Source: Camelus ferus
Taxonomy: Eukaryota
Assembly: GCF_009834535.1 (NCBI RefSeq)
Contig: NC_045696.1
Span: 76,014,001 to 76,078,000, forward strand
Length of the DNA: 64,000 nucleotides
Reading direction: 5' to 3'
Shown here: positions 49,605 to 63,215 of the stretch, piece after piece
How the letters are laid out: the number at the start of each line of letters is the position of its first letter
Position numbering within the stretch: the first letter of the stretch is position 1
Notes under the pieces: model-generated
Database searches by the model: none
What the model saw: the letters and a program-made list of their open reading frames with translations, nothing else
What the model was told of the DNA's origin: nothing
Position numbers and translations under genes: made by a program

Positions 49605-51784
49605 TATATATACACATCTATTTATTTATAAAGAGTTATTCATATATATAAAGTTATTCAACTCATTAATGAAAAAACCAGTCAGACAGTAAAGATGGTT
49701 CAAAAGAGAAATGAAGAACAAGGGCTGTATAGAAGAAAAAAAATGTTTGGATGAATGGGTTTAGATACAGAACTGGTTAATATCCTACAGAGCAATAAAG
49801 CCATCACCCTTGGGGTTATCTTTTCTACTAAGCAGAAATCATTTGCCTCTCTATCAGATAAAAATCTACCAATAAACATGCAACTTCACAGAAAATGGAG
49901 TTTTAATCAATAGTTAGATATAATCGAACAAATATAAATTCCCCTGAATAATCAAATAATCTTTAGGTGAGTCTATTAAACAACGCTTTGATATGATGTC
50001 AAAAGGGCGTGCCATCTTCCCTTTGCTTTACATTCAAGTTAGGTAATGTTTCTTAACACGTGTTAGTAAAAGCAAAAGTGAATGAAAGAATGATGTGAAC
50101 TAAATTACCTATCTTTGCTTCTTTGCCACCAGGACTGAAGTGGGAAGTAATTTTGAGACAGGAAACAATAGTATATTAAATATTTTAAGATATAGGCCTC
50201 TTCTAATAGGATTCTCTAGACATAATGAGAAAAAGAAAAAAAGAATTGTTAATTAATGTATTTTGTAACTAATATGGTGATGCTGAGGATGAGGACAAGG
50301 TTAATAGTACTAATAAAGATGATAGTAAATTTGACTTATTCAACAGTAAAATGCATCAATAGTCTTACATTTATTCCTTGAGAGGAGGAAATTTCCTAAC
50401 TCACAAAATTACCATAAATAGTAGAAGAGTATTTAATATTAATGCAAACTGAGGGTGCATCTGTACTACATGAAAATATCTCTAAAAACCAAACTTGTCT
50501 TTCCTTGTTAATTAGGAAGCTGAACAGCAAATCTTACAGCTATGTGGCTCCAGAGTTAATCAAAGGATTGACCAACAGAAGACATATTTGTGATGCATTC
50601 AACCCAGCCAGTTAGTTCTCTAAGTTGTAAGCAAAACAGTCATGCAGTAAATGGCAAAGGCTCATCCAGAGTTCTTCAGAAAAAATGAAGGACCAATGTG
50701 AGACCAGGAACACAAAGCTCATGTTGACAAAAAGATATTTTTTCAAGGAACAATGCAATCTATATTTTTCCAGAAACTAATACAAGACATAGTCTCAAGT
50801 ACCACTAAGTGAGACTGTTTGGCTAATTTTTGTGATAATAAATTAGTCTAGGAAAATTCTTAGAAATGCTTAGAGTTTTTAGAATTCTTAGAAATCAAAT
50901 GGGCAGTTCTTAAGCAACCTTTTCACCCTGAAAACCTAGGGGCTAAGCCCAGAATAAGAACAATTCTATTTATCTTTGTCCATAACAGCACAGATTTTTC
51001 TACATCCGTTTCTTTTTGCTTTGTATAATATCCTAAGGAATTTTAAGTTGTAAGATTTACAGTTTGCATAAACATTTTTATACTTCCCCATAGGAATACC
51101 AGAGCTGCTCTGCTTATATAGGAAATTTGCCCTTTAGAAAAGAAGATGAAGAGCAGTTGGTTATCCAAATATTTCTCTTGTAATGGCCAGATGATTTGGA
51201 AAGGGGAAAATATTGTGAAAAGAAGCACATGCAATTTGAATTATTCAAAAGCCCTACAGCTATTATAGAAAGAAAAAAAAACTGGCCCAAATAGAAGTGT
51301 CTCCAATGCTACCTACTATTTTCTTATCCATTAAAAGCTAATGTACTATCTTGGAAAAATTGGAACTGAAAAAAAGACCACTTAACATCTTCAAAGTAAT
51401 GTCATCATCCTTTATATTTCTCTGTGCCTGAGGCAGACTTTTTCTTTGTTCTTTTCTTCGCAACTGGTCTCTTAATAAAGCCTGAGAAAGACAGACTTAA
51501 CTCCCATGAAGATAAGGCTATTAATTAGCTAGATTTGCCAAATTAAGACTGGGAAAGTAAAGTATTCAGTAGGGGTCAAACTCAAATGCTGCAAAGTCAT
51601 AACTGTGACAGCAATGCAGGGAACTTCCAGTGTTAGAACCATCTTTAGTGCTTTAACTTATATGTGGGGAAAGCTCCAAGATTATTTCAACATCTGTTTG
51701 CTAGCAGTCAAAATGTTGGCTTTGGGATCTTCTTATAATGTACAGTAGAAAATTACATTTTTATTTATTCTTTGTTTGTTTTGT

Positions 51785-51945
51785 TTTTTAACAGCTTCAT
51801 TGAGATGTAATTCACATACCATACAGCACACACATTGGAAGTGTACAACTCGATGCTTTTTGGTATGTTCCATTATTAATCTTTAAAAACTGTGGTAAAA
51901 TGTATATAACATAAAATTAGTCATTTTAAGCATTTTTAAATGTAT
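51785..51945 (-). mobile_element. Two adjacent L1MB-type 3' termini
   Basis: ttttaacagcttcattgagatgtaattcacataccata, then tgtggtaaaatgtatataacataaaatt...ttttaaatgta. Confidence 0.75.
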
Positions 51946-53443
51946 TGAAGAAGGCTCACCCTCTGTTCTTGATTTTCAAACAAACAAACAAGGGGGAAAA
52001 AAGGAACTTTTGGAGAAACACTACAAAGGACCCAGGAATGCTACATAATAATTCCGGAGAAGAGCAATTTCCCCTCTTGCACTGATCTGACTGGATGCAG
52101 AAAACTTTGGAAGAGGTAAACACAGGTTTGGGATAAAGCAGAAATGGAAAAGGAACACTTGCTAAGAGAACTTTAATCACAAAAGCAGATGCGACTGAGA
52201 ACTGCCTCTGGCAGATCCACATTCTCAAAGAGGCAGCCAGGAGCTCGAGAGCTATCAAGAAATCTACAAAAGAGGCAGAAAAGGCAAGTCCTCATGGGGA
52301 ACCACGGAGGAGAAACTGTAGAAGTTCATCAGAAAGGAAATGTGAAAACACAGCAAAGTTTTCACCTATAATGGCGAATTCTTACACAAATCAGTACATT
52401 CAAACTAAGAGGTGGTATGCAAAGGACAAGTCACATGTAGAGGAAAGTAGTTTTCTTGGTTGTGCAAATGAAGGTCTAAAATTTGGCTTGTAACCTTGAA
52501 GGTGAGAAATTGAAAGTGTCCGAGACCATTAGAACTTTGAGATAACATATATATCATGGGAGAGTAAAGGTTCCCAAGTATATAAGGAATTTGATACAGT
52601 CTTTCAACTCCCAGGCAGAGTAATTTTATCATTCTTATCTTAGTCTGTACTATGAAGTTTCATTCCTTTATCCTATTTGGTGGTCCAGCTCACTATAGTG
52701 CTCAGTTAAAGGCAATGGGGTTTGATTGTCAAGTTCAAAGAAATACAGATGGGGTCAGATTCTTACTCTGCTTCTACCTTTCAAAGTAACCTCAGGAAAC
52801 TAAATCTTAAATACTTAACCTCTTTCCAAACACTAATCCTCTCATTTCCATATATGGTCCACATTTTAAATAAGTATTTTGAATTCTCAAATTGAAAGGT
52901 TTTAAGCAAATAGAAAAGTAAGATTAGAAACTGCTTTCAGAATCACTAAGGTTTACTAAAGGGAAAAACTATGACAAACACATGGCAAAAGATTCTAAAA
53001 CAAAATCAGATTAAGGTCTTTTGCCTTATTGAGTTACTAATCTTGGAAAAACAGATTTCATAGTTGTTCTGTAAGTGGAAAGAATGATCTTGGATCTTCT
53101 GGGACAAATCCTGTTCACATTTTTTTAAGGAGGAAAAATAATTTATTCCAGCGTATTGCCTTTTCATATTTAAGTCTTCTAAAATCTGAAAGAAGCCTTT
53201 GAGAAAAGTGCTACTGTGTACCAGGAGGCTGGGATTTGCCTGCCATGAGGAGTTGCATAGGTGTGGGCATAATTTGTGAATGAAGAAAAAATACATAACT
53301 AAATACATTTTAAAAGTCAACTGAGTTTTTCAGCTTTATTCAGTTTGGGGGTAGAAGGGAATTCTTTTCTTATAAGTTACAGTTATAAATTAAATAATTC
53401 CCCTAAAGTTTTCTCTAAATATAAAGATTGACTTTGAAAAAAT

Positions 53444-53560
53444 AGAAGAAAAAGAAGGAGGAGGAAGAGGAGAGAAGAAGAAAAAGAAGAAGAAGAAGAA
53501 GAGAGAAAAGAAAGAGGAAAAGGAGGAGGGGAAGGAGGGGAGAAGGAAACAGGAGGAGGG
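53444..53560. repeat. Polypurine (GAA/GGA) low-complexity tract
   Basis: About 105 consecutive purines (53444-53549). Confidence 0.95.
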
Positions 53561-54869
53561 ATCTGCTTTGTTTTCAAAACAGACTGTGTGACTGACTGAA
53601 TTCCAATTTTCCTTTCCTAAACTGGTTTTTCTTGACACTGATATAACCAGAGGGTGAGAACATGTAGTTTAAACATTGTTAATGAGGAATATCAATATTG
53701 TCCTCTCATAAATCAGCCATGGTTGACGGCGAAAAGTGTGGCTTGCAGTTATATCAGAAACACCCACACGCCCGGTGCGCACGAAGGAGGGAAGAAAACA
53801 CCATTTACAGCACTTTCTCGGGGCGAGGTCCTTTACACAGGTGACAGCATTTGCCGCCACACTAGCCTTATGAGGCTGTGACTGTTGTCCCTGTTTTGAA
53901 GAGGAGGAAGCAGAGACGGTGATTCTCTAAGGTTTCTTGGCCAAGGAGAGGCAGAGCCACAGTGCAAACTCAGGCTTGATGCCAGAGTGTCCTCTGTTCT
54001 GCTGACAGTCAGCCACGTCCATGGTCCTGACTGGCTTCTGGTGGGTGTCTGACATCACCCAAGGTTTAATAAGCTCAGCCCTCCTCCACTGGCCACGTGA
54101 ACAAAAGGGTTTGTTTAGAATACCAAGAATTCTTATAAAATGTGAAAATCTTTCCTGTAAAGGAGGCATACAGGGGCTTGTGGTTCTCAACAGTGGCCTG
54201 TGCTGATAGAAATGCCTCCCACGAGGACCCGCGGTTCTCACTCTGACACATTTGTAAAGCCTTCGTTACACTGAGGGTGAACTGTCAAGTCAGAAATGGA
54301 ACCAATCCTGGGAACCACATATCCAAATATAGTTTCGTGTTTTTCACTAAAGTATTACCTCCAAACACTCTAACTAATACACGGTTTATAATCCTTACGG
54401 CTTCCCTATCAAAATGCTAATCACATGGCTTGGTAAAAGCCACCAGAATGGTCTTTCCTGTTCTGCCCATTCCACCACCCATCCTTTTCTATTCAAAATT
54501 AATTCAATCTGCTTACACTTCTTAAAGTTTGGCAAAGTGTAGGTCACCTTTTGCTAAAACTCAAAATTAAATGAAAAACCAATGCAGCTCATCAGGAATG
54601 GCCCAATGTGACAGACCAAAGAGAATCTGGATTAAATGTGAATATTTCTAAAGAGCAAGTAAAATAAACAAACAAAAACATTGATTCCATGCTGATACAC
54701 AGGACTCATGGAGGGAAAAAAAGCATTTCCAACCCTCAAAAAAAAAAAAAAAAAAAAAGAACTTTTCAAAAAGCTACGGCTTTAATTTCAAAACCAGAAT
54801 TCTGGCTGCTTCATAGGAGGGATTGATTTCAGTCCCTCTCACTTAACATCCCCACCCATCTGACCGCCT

Positions 54870-55010
54870 GGACCAGCAGTATCAGTTTCACTCTGGAGTT
54901 GATGAGAAGTACAGAATCCTATCCTGCCCCCACCACAGACCTGATGAATCAGAATCTGCCTATTAAGAGGTCCTCTCCTCCCAGGTGATTCAGATACACA
55001 TTCATATACA
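54870..55010. mobile_element. MER5-like hAT-Charlie MITE
   Basis: accagcagtatcag...cagacctgatgaatcagaatctgc...ccaggtgattcagatacaca. Confidence 0.75.
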
Positions 55011-55324
55011 TTGATCTACTGAACCTCAGCACAGAGGGGAAATATTCCTCCTCTTGGAGATTATACTAGAAATAATAATTCCACTAAAATTAACAGCAAT
55101 GTAACAGTAGAAATAATAATAGATTAATAAATAATAATCTCTTTAGAATAGTAATTCCACTGGAGCTGTATCTAAATACAAAGATTGATCTTTAAAAAAA
55201 AAAGAAATGAGGATGATTTTAAACTTATTATTTTCAAGATAAGCTGTATAATTGAACTCAAATTTTTCCCTAAACGGTTTTGTTGACATTGATATAACCA
55301 AAGGTTGAGTGAATGCATTTCTTT

Positions 55325-55440
55325 ATATATAAATAGGGATAATAATGCCTACCCCATGGAATTGTGGTGAGAATTAAATAAGATAATGTGTGAACATAGC
55401 CTGGCATATGGCAGGCAGTCAAAAGTAGTAGGCACTATTA
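55325..55440 (+). mobile_element. MIR fragment
   Basis: gggataataatgcctacc...ttgtggtgagaattaaataagataatg...gcctggcatatgg. Confidence 0.75.
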
Positions 55441-56799
55441 GTAACCATCATCACTAATTTTTGTACCAGAGCCCAAGAAGATTAACCAGCCCGTTTACCT
55501 GGCCTCCTAATCAATTTTATTCTCTCCTCTGCTCTTTTGTCATAGAATATGTGGATCTACAATCACAGCAAAATTTGATTTTATCTTCCTTAAATGTCTA
55601 GATATGTAAATGGTGAGTTTAGATAAAGGAAATTTTCTAAATATGCCAGACATTAAAATACTGATTCTACATTCTTCTGTGACTCAAAAATAAACAGTAC
55701 AATACTCACCAGCACAATTACAATTAGAATAGGAAATGCTTCAGTTAGACTCCTTCTCATGACAAAGGTTATCATCAGGTTACCATTCCCTTAGCATTCT
55801 CTGTCATGTGACAAACCCACCACAATCTACATCCATCAACACGATTGCCATTTCTAATCCTAGCCTCAGAACGGTGAGCCGTATAATTATCACCATGCCA
55901 TATTAGCATTTGTGGGATCCCTTGATACTAATGGGATGCAAAAGGTGACATGTGTATGGATTGTGTCAAGTTGTCACACTGCACAAAAACATGGTCCTAA
56001 TCCCCACAGGCTGTAATATCCACCTAATGATACACTCATGTCACAGAAGTACATAAACAGCGCTCTGCTGCCCGTTAAGGCTTCCTTGCAGTAGGAAGAG
56101 CTCAGGGGGATGTATGTGAATGAGTGATCACATGTCATATGAGATGATTAAAAATGAGTGGGTCCCTTTTAGAGATTAGTGGTTGTTAAATTATTTCATT
56201 CACTTGCTATTCATGATGAATAATACATCACTCTCAGCATCTGCCATTCTATTCATTTATTACATGAGGATGTTTAGGAGCTAATTACTCGGAGATAACC
56301 TCCCCAGCAAGAAGGGAGTGAGGGGATAAGAAATTCCAGTTCTGACTGCATTTTTATGCCGGGCCTGACATTCAGCCAGATTTTTTTCAGGGTTACCCAT
56401 AGTTATATCTGTTTCCTAGTTTTCTTTCTGACCTGTGCTTAGAATGCCTTAGTGTTTTAAAGGCTGTTGGGGAGCCTTGGAAGATCAAAAGACCATTAAT
56501 CTAAACTACTACTTCCTAGAACCGTGCAATTTAGCTTCTATTTGGTAGGTGTCTGGAGGACTCATTTCCTTACTGAGCATCTGTTAAACTCTTCACAGAA
56601 TGTACAGCACAATCAGCCCCTTCCTTTAAAGTGTGCAATTAATCAGTTCTTTCAGCCAGTGTTTACTGAGTGCCTACTACGTACACAACACTCTGAGATT
56701 GTGGAAAAGAAGAATATAAGCCATGTTTTTTAGCTCTGAAAAAGTCTAAAATTAAATTAGGGAAACAATTAATATATACAAAATGACAAAAGATTCAAT

Positions 56800-57020
56800 A
56801 AGTATCTATTGTACATAAACTTTGGGCCATGCACTGTGTTAGGGACTTTTGCAAACACCATGTCATCTAATCATAACAATATTGGGGATCAATCTTATCA
56901 TCATTTTGCAGATGAAGAAATTGAAGCTCAGAAATGAGACTTGTTTATTTTCAAACAGCTGCTCCACAGAAAAAAATGAGACTCAAACCCCTCTAAACTC
57001 CAAGCCTGTTATGCTTTCCA
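56800..57020 (-). mobile_element. MIR SINE inserted among L2 fragments
   Basis: cattttgcagatgaagaaattgaagctcaga core. L2-like sequence on both sides. Confidence 0.75.
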
Positions 57021-57401
57021 AAATCCTATATGTTTCAAAGACAATATGTAAGATAATTAAGTGCTAATTTGTGTGGCAAGAAGACTAGGTTTTGTAGTTT
57101 ATTAAAAAAGGGCCTACAGCTATCAAATAAGCCTCTGTCGATTCAGGGACTTCACTGAGTGAGGCTTTGAAGGGTAAAAAGGATGCAAGGGACAGGGGAG
57201 AAAGGGAACAAGAGAAGTAAAAGCCCAGAGGTGGGAATGAGAGCAGGACGTGGGAGGGGCTGTTCCAAACTCACTTGAGTGACCATACAAACTGTGTGGG
57301 AGACTGACTGATTAGGTTTCCCAGGCAGATGGGACCAGATTTTGAAGGATCTAGAATATTAAGCAAGGGGCTATTAGATGTCCTGTAGGAAAGAGAGCTA
57401 C

Positions 57402-58142
57402 TGAAGGATATTCTTCACTTGACTAAATTTTAGTCAGGTTCCTCTGAGCTGCCTTCTCAACTGGACCTCAGCCTCGGCCTATGGGAAGTGCAGGCCCTCA
57501 GCACAAACAGCGATGTCCACCCCCCACACTAAGAGACTTAAATAAACTCTAACATGGCTTCTAGCAGCCCGAGGCCGTGTCCCTAGGATGACCCCAGTCC
57601 TCTTAGCACGCCTGGCTGAGAAAGCTCAACACTGCGACAAGAATTCACTGTGCGTTTCATCCAAAATCTGATGATAGACCCTCACTTTCTTTTTCTTAGA
57701 ACATTTTTCTTTTTAAAAAAACTTGCAAGTCCTTTCTCTGTCCCTGTGAGATGCATCTTCTATGGCCCACGGATGTCTTTCTCAAGGAGCCATCCCTTTG
57801 AAATGAAATCATCAGGAAAGGTAGGGCCCCTGTTGCCCTGTCTCTGTGGGAGGGTGGAAGTCTAACTGTGAGAAGTTTGCAAAATACAGATGGCCTAATC
57901 ACATGACCCAACATCATCCCCAACCCCCACACCCCATCCCCCACCCCCACCCCACCCCACACCTACAGTGTCCACAGTACTTTTTCTTTAGCACTCTCCA
58001 GCATTTAAAAAGACTCTCACCTTTTGTTTCAGTGGAGTTGAGTTCAGTTTATACTCGAGTCTCTCTTCCCTACTGCAGTCGCCTGAAAAAAAAAACCTGT
58101 CTTGCCATCATTACAAACATCCAGCTCTATTTCTCTTCAACA
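57402..58142 (+). mobile_element. Solo ERV1 LTR (MER31/MER67-like)
   Basis: TG...CA ends. Motifs cttgactaaattttagtcaggttcctctgag, ggagccatccctttgaaatgaaatcatcaggaaag and ttttgtttcagtggagttgagttcag. Confidence 0.8.
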
Positions 58143-58439
58143 GAGTATTGGGCAGGAGAATGACTATAAAAGCAATAGCAGCAAGAGTCACTTTCTCCTT
58201 AAAACTCTCCCGTAGATCCCTATCACCTCCAAGTCAAAGCCCAAAGAACTGAGCACGACACACAAGGCCTCTCAGGTCCTAGCTTCTGCTGCCACTCTGC
58301 CTCATTCTTCACCATTCTGCAACCAGCACCCAGTGTTGTACCCAGCTACTAAGCTTGCCCTTCCTGAAACAGATCGTATTTGTTTCTCATCCCCGTAAGT
58401 TTTCAAAGGCTACCTGCTTTGCCTGGAATAGTAGGAAGA

Positions 58440-58640
58440 ACAGCTAGCATTTATTGAGCATTAAAGTGTGGAAGGCTCTATCCTAAGAAATTTACATTCA
58501 TTTACATTAATTAGCACCATGAATCCTCACAATTTTATAAGGTAGATGGTCTCCCTTTTGCACATGAGGCAACTAAGGCTCAATGAGTTTAGGTAACTTG
58601 CCTAAGGTCACTCAGAGAGTGGCAAAGCAGAATTTAACTC
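58440..58640 (-). mobile_element. MIR SINE within L2 sequence
   Basis: gctagcatttattgagc...atgaggcaactaaggctca...gtaacttgcctaaggtcac. Confidence 0.85.
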
Positions 58641-59786
58641 ATGGAATCTGAATCTCCCTTCTGAATCAGCATTTACTCAAGACCAAATATGCCATATTTC
58701 CCCTCCTCCAAGGCTATTTTTCCCACTTTGTTCCCACAGCAAAATTTAAGGCATACTGTCAACTCAAGACTGTCGACCACTTGAAATAATCCCAGTCCCT
58801 CTCCTCTCTGCTGTTATAGTGTTCTGTTTGCCCTGAGTATAGCCCTTATCATATTGCAGAGACAGTGTTCTTCATCTATCTGTGTCTCTCCTACCTTGAA
58901 GGTAGAATGTCTGATTCATTACCATCCCAAGCCCAGTACTTGCCACACAATATACACTCAGTTAAAGCCTGATGCATAAACGATTGAAAGTGGAGAGAGA
59001 CAGGCAGGATGCAAGTAGCTAGAAAAGTCAGGGCAGTGAGGGCTTAGGTTAGCTGGTATTGGCAGTGAAGGAGAAGTGAACACTGACAGAAAAACCTGCA
59101 GACTTGCTGATTTGTTGCATGGGACTATGAAGAAGAAGGAATTTTTTTTTTTTAATTGATCTAGTCAACATCTATTTACTGAATCTCTTCTGTGGGCCTA
59201 GCACTGTAGTGAGGACTTGGATGACACTGAAGCTTCCAGACTGGTTACTGGGAAAACAGTAAGACCGTTGACAGAAACAAGGAAGTCCTTCTGGAGAGGT
59301 CATTTGGTTGAGGATATGTACTGAAGAAAAAGAACTGGATATTCAAACTGATGATTTACAAAATCTTTGAGATGAACATATCTGTATTTTTCTGTTTTTA
59401 TTTGATTTTTTTTCCCAAGAAGAAGAAAGATACATATTTGTCAATCATCAAGAAAAGCTCATTTCAACCCTGTAGATTTTCTGTAGGTGGCAATGTATGA
59501 AAGTGGTTTTGAATGATCATTGGTTTGGTGGTTGCAAAATCAAGATTGCAGTGGCATTACTGTTTCAAGGTTTTCACCATAAAACCCGAATTGTTTGCTA
59601 TTTTGTGTAACTTTACATGACAAATTAAGGTAGTTTTAACCCACATATGTGGGAGGAGGGGGAAATAAACTAATACAATCTATATGATTATATCTAAACC
59701 CAAATTAAGAGGCTGTTACGCTTATCATATGCAGAGTAGTTTGGTAAATCCATCAACTTAAGCCCCAGGTGAAGAACAGCAAGCTA

Positions 59787-59990
59787 CAGTCAATGTGCTG
59801 CTAAATGTTAACAACTGGCTCTCTGGGACAAAAACAGCTATGATTTGTAGGGTCTGCCGATTTCCTTGCTGAAAATACTCCCACCATGGATAATTTCAAG
59901 CTACCAATCTGATATCGCTGAACCTTGAGTTGGGAAGAGATGTGTATGTTTGGCCCTCAGGAGCAAGTATACACAGGTTTGAGTAAACTG
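59787..59990 (-). mobile_element. MER63A-like hAT (Blackjack) MITE
   Basis: tgtgctgctaaatgttaacaactggctctc...aatactcccaccatgg..atttcaagctaccaa...gagttgggaagagatg. Confidence 0.8.
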
Positions 59991-61941
59991 CAGACTTCAT
60001 CTGAAGATTAAAACTTTCCACATCCTGCTTATTGACTTTCTAAACTTCTTCTAAGAAATAGACCCTCTAACTGGTGAAAGGAACATCAGTACTATGAGAA
60101 GCGGCATTGCTAAGCAGTGATTCATGTCTCTCGAGTTTTTGGAATTTGTGGCCTCTTTGGAAAAGAACCAAAGTGCAAAAGTACAGAAAAGCAATTATTT
60201 TTCTTCATGGAACAGTGTGTGAATAAAGGAGTATTTGCTGACGCAATAAGGACTGAAATAACTCTACTCTTGGAACACTCCCGCGGTCCATCACTCTTGT
60301 GTGGTTCTAGACACGGGCCAGGTGTAGAGTAGACGCACAGGTCACTTTGGTGAAAGAAAGTGGGTACCTGACACTGACAGCACAGTAGTTACCTGCTTAC
60401 ATGTTTGCCTCTTCTAGATTCTGAGCCCCTCAAAAGCATCAACCCTGTCTCACTCAGCATCATATCCCCAGTGAGTCCATGACACCCAGGGGGCTCTGGA
60501 TTAATGTGTACATTGAATGAAGAAATGAGTGAACTTGCAGGAAATGCATTACTTTTAGGACACCTGCACTGCTTACTTAACAGGTGTATTGTGAGGATGG
60601 ACACAACGACAGACAGAAAACTTTTGAAAAATGAAAGAATTAAACAAATGCTGGGTATTATTATTATTGTTATTATTATCTCAAAAGAATATGCCATAAA
60701 CTAATTAGAGCAGTATGTGCTTTTCCAGTCAAGGATACTGACAATAATCTCTTGTAGCATAGAAGCCTCCCAGGTCGTGTGGTAAATGCCTTGAAGTACC
60801 ACCTTCTAAATTGTTGTCAAAACATGATGGATGACCAGTCTCGGAAGCTCATGTGTGTAAAGTACCTCAGTCCACTGGGAAAATAAGAAACGTTGTGATG
60901 CTGAGACACATAGTCTGACAGGAACTCTACCAGGGTGGGTTACTTGTTAAAATTTTCTGCTTAAATTATTTTTCGGCTGTTTCTTTTAAGCTTCTATTGA
61001 ACATATATTAAATTCTCCTGCATTCATTTTATCAAACAGTAGAATGCCTGGTGTGTTGACGATAATTTCGTGACCTGTCATGATGTATTACCTCAAAGGT
61101 TTTCCAAAGTCACCTGGAAAATCTTTTAACACTACACATTTACCCAGAAATTCTAATAAGCCCATAATGTGATGTGTCCCTTTTCTTCCGTCTAGGCTGA
61201 AAAAAATCATTGTTTCAGAGGGACGTGTGTTATATCCCTCAGATGTGATCGATGGAAAAACCAAAAGATGAGGTTAGTGATCTGAAGTAATCTGGGGGAT
61301 TTACAGAATAATATTCTACATAAAGTGCAATATTAGAGCTGAAAGAGATCTTTAAGAAGATGAAACTGGCTTTCACCTCACCAATGAGTAACTGAGGCCC
61401 AGAGAGGTCAGGTGGTGGTCGGTGGGAAGGGAAGGCTGACAACTGGTCCGTAATTTTTACATCTGTTTATGCCTTCTCTCCTCACTGATGATTTTACCGC
61501 AATAGACTATCTCAGTACTAACCGCGAGAGCATGGCATTTAAAAATCCCTCTTTAACTGTTGGCACCATCTTAGTTGATGCTCAGTCTGTTTACAAATTT
61601 GTTGGATTAATAATTATTTTATAATTTGGTATTACTTTTATTGCCTTTCTCTGTGATACTCATCTCCATGACCCAATTTCATATTTCCACATCAATGCCT
61701 ATGCCACATATTTTAGAGTTCCAACCCTCTCTCATTATTCAATGAAGGTTAGCATATTTTCTGTACCACGTTCAGTGTTAATTTGCTTAAGATACAGTAG
61801 CACACAAGACAGATGATGTTCCTATCTTCACAGAATTTACAGCCTAGTGAAGTGGTCAAACAAATAATCAGACAGTTATAATCAGAGTGGTAAGTGCTAT
61901 GAAGGGGGACTTACAGATCTCTATGGGAACTCAGAGAAGGA

Positions 61942-62374
61942 TATTTGTTATCTATGCTATATAACAAATATATAACAAATTCATTACCTACATTGTATGA
62001 CAAATTATCCCAAATCCTAGTGGCTCAAAACAACAAATATTTATTATTTCTCCAATTATTTGGATAAGACATGGTTGCTGGCAGGCCTCAGTTCCTCATC
62101 ATGTAGGCCTCTCTGTAGACATTTGAGGGATCTCTGGCAATTGATGGTCTGAGAGAGTCAGAGAGTAAGAAAGGGTATGAAGATAAAAAGTCACCTTTTC
62201 TGTAGCCTAATCTTAGAAGTGACATCATAAGTAAAGAACACACATCCTTTTGCTGCATGCCATTCAATGCAAATGAGTTCTAGGTGCAGCTCATATTAAA
62301 GGAGAAAGATTGCACAAGGGTATGAATACCAGGGAGTGGGGATCACTGGGCCAACTTAGAGACTTCCTACCTCA
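61942..62374 (-). mobile_element. MaLR solo LTR (MLT1E/F-like) interrupting an L2
   Basis: tagtggctcaaaacaacaaatatttattat...aagggtatgaataccagggagtggggatcactggg...cctacctca. Confidence 0.8.
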
Positions 62375-62787
62375 GGAATCTTAAATAAGCAGGGGTTGAG
62401 GGTATACATCAAAGGAGCTCCATCTCGAGCAAGCGGCATCTGTATGACTTGGAAGAATGAAGGCTGAGCAGAAGTGGCTGGGTTGGAGGTGAGTTTGTGT
62501 TTCTGTGTGTATGTGTTTGTGCACATGTGTTTGCATGTACACTCACTCAAGGGGAGAGCTGTTTTGGGGAAAGAATAGTATGTGCAAAAGAGTGATGGCA
62601 AGAGAAAGTAAGTTTAATATTCCAGGAGCACAGAAGTATAAAAAGAGGTGGAGAGCAATAAAAGGTGAGGGTGATTGGAAAGGCAAGCCAAAGGATGAGT
62701 CATGACCTCACCCATTTGCTTTTCTTTGTTTCTCTACAATGGCTTCCATTGTTTCATCACTGGGTAATGACAGATTATTGAAAGATA

Positions 62788-63215
62788 TATCAGTCAAAAG
62801 ACGTTCTTGACTGCAAAAACAATCCTCAACTCAAACTGATTTAAACAGTAAGGAAATACATTAGCTTGCACAGGGCTAGAGGATTTCCAAGGTTGCCTCA
62901 TTCAGTATCTTAAGTAGAGCTTTCTCCATCTACTCTGCCATCTACTATTAACTTCATTCTCATGGTAACACATCATGTACAACAATGTCCCATGAAAGGA
63001 GAGAGATGCTGTCTTCCTGCACTTCCTACTTGAGATGGAGAAAGCCTTTCCCAGAAGTTCTCCAGATTTTCTCCTCTTGCTTCTCTGTGTCCAGGATTAG
63101 ATCACAGCCAGACTGCGGAGGATTCATTGGCAAGGGGAAAGGGAATTGCCTTGATTGACTCAGACTAATCAACTCGGATGGAATGATATTGGCACACCAG
63201 CCACAAACATCCACT
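62788..63215 (-). mobile_element. MaLR LTR (MLT1J/K-like)
   Basis: caactcaaactgatttaaacagtaaggaaa...aaagcctttcccagaag...ttggcaaggggaaagggaattgccttgattg. Confidence 0.7.

Noticed and set aside
52137..52490. 118-codon stop-free plus-strand frame (SRNGKGTLAKR...GLKFGL)
   Set aside because: No start codon or splice acceptor and no recognisable homology. A few frames of this length are expected by chance in 64 kb, especially in purine-rich sequence.
53006..53320. ORF containing QILEDLNM after a cag acceptor, reminiscent of rhotekin's N-terminus
   Set aside because: Similarity ends after ~8 residues and no other exons are found; chance match.
55895..55940. Hairpin as a pre-miRNA
   Set aside because: The stem is short and mismatched, with no adequate loop and no known mature sequence.
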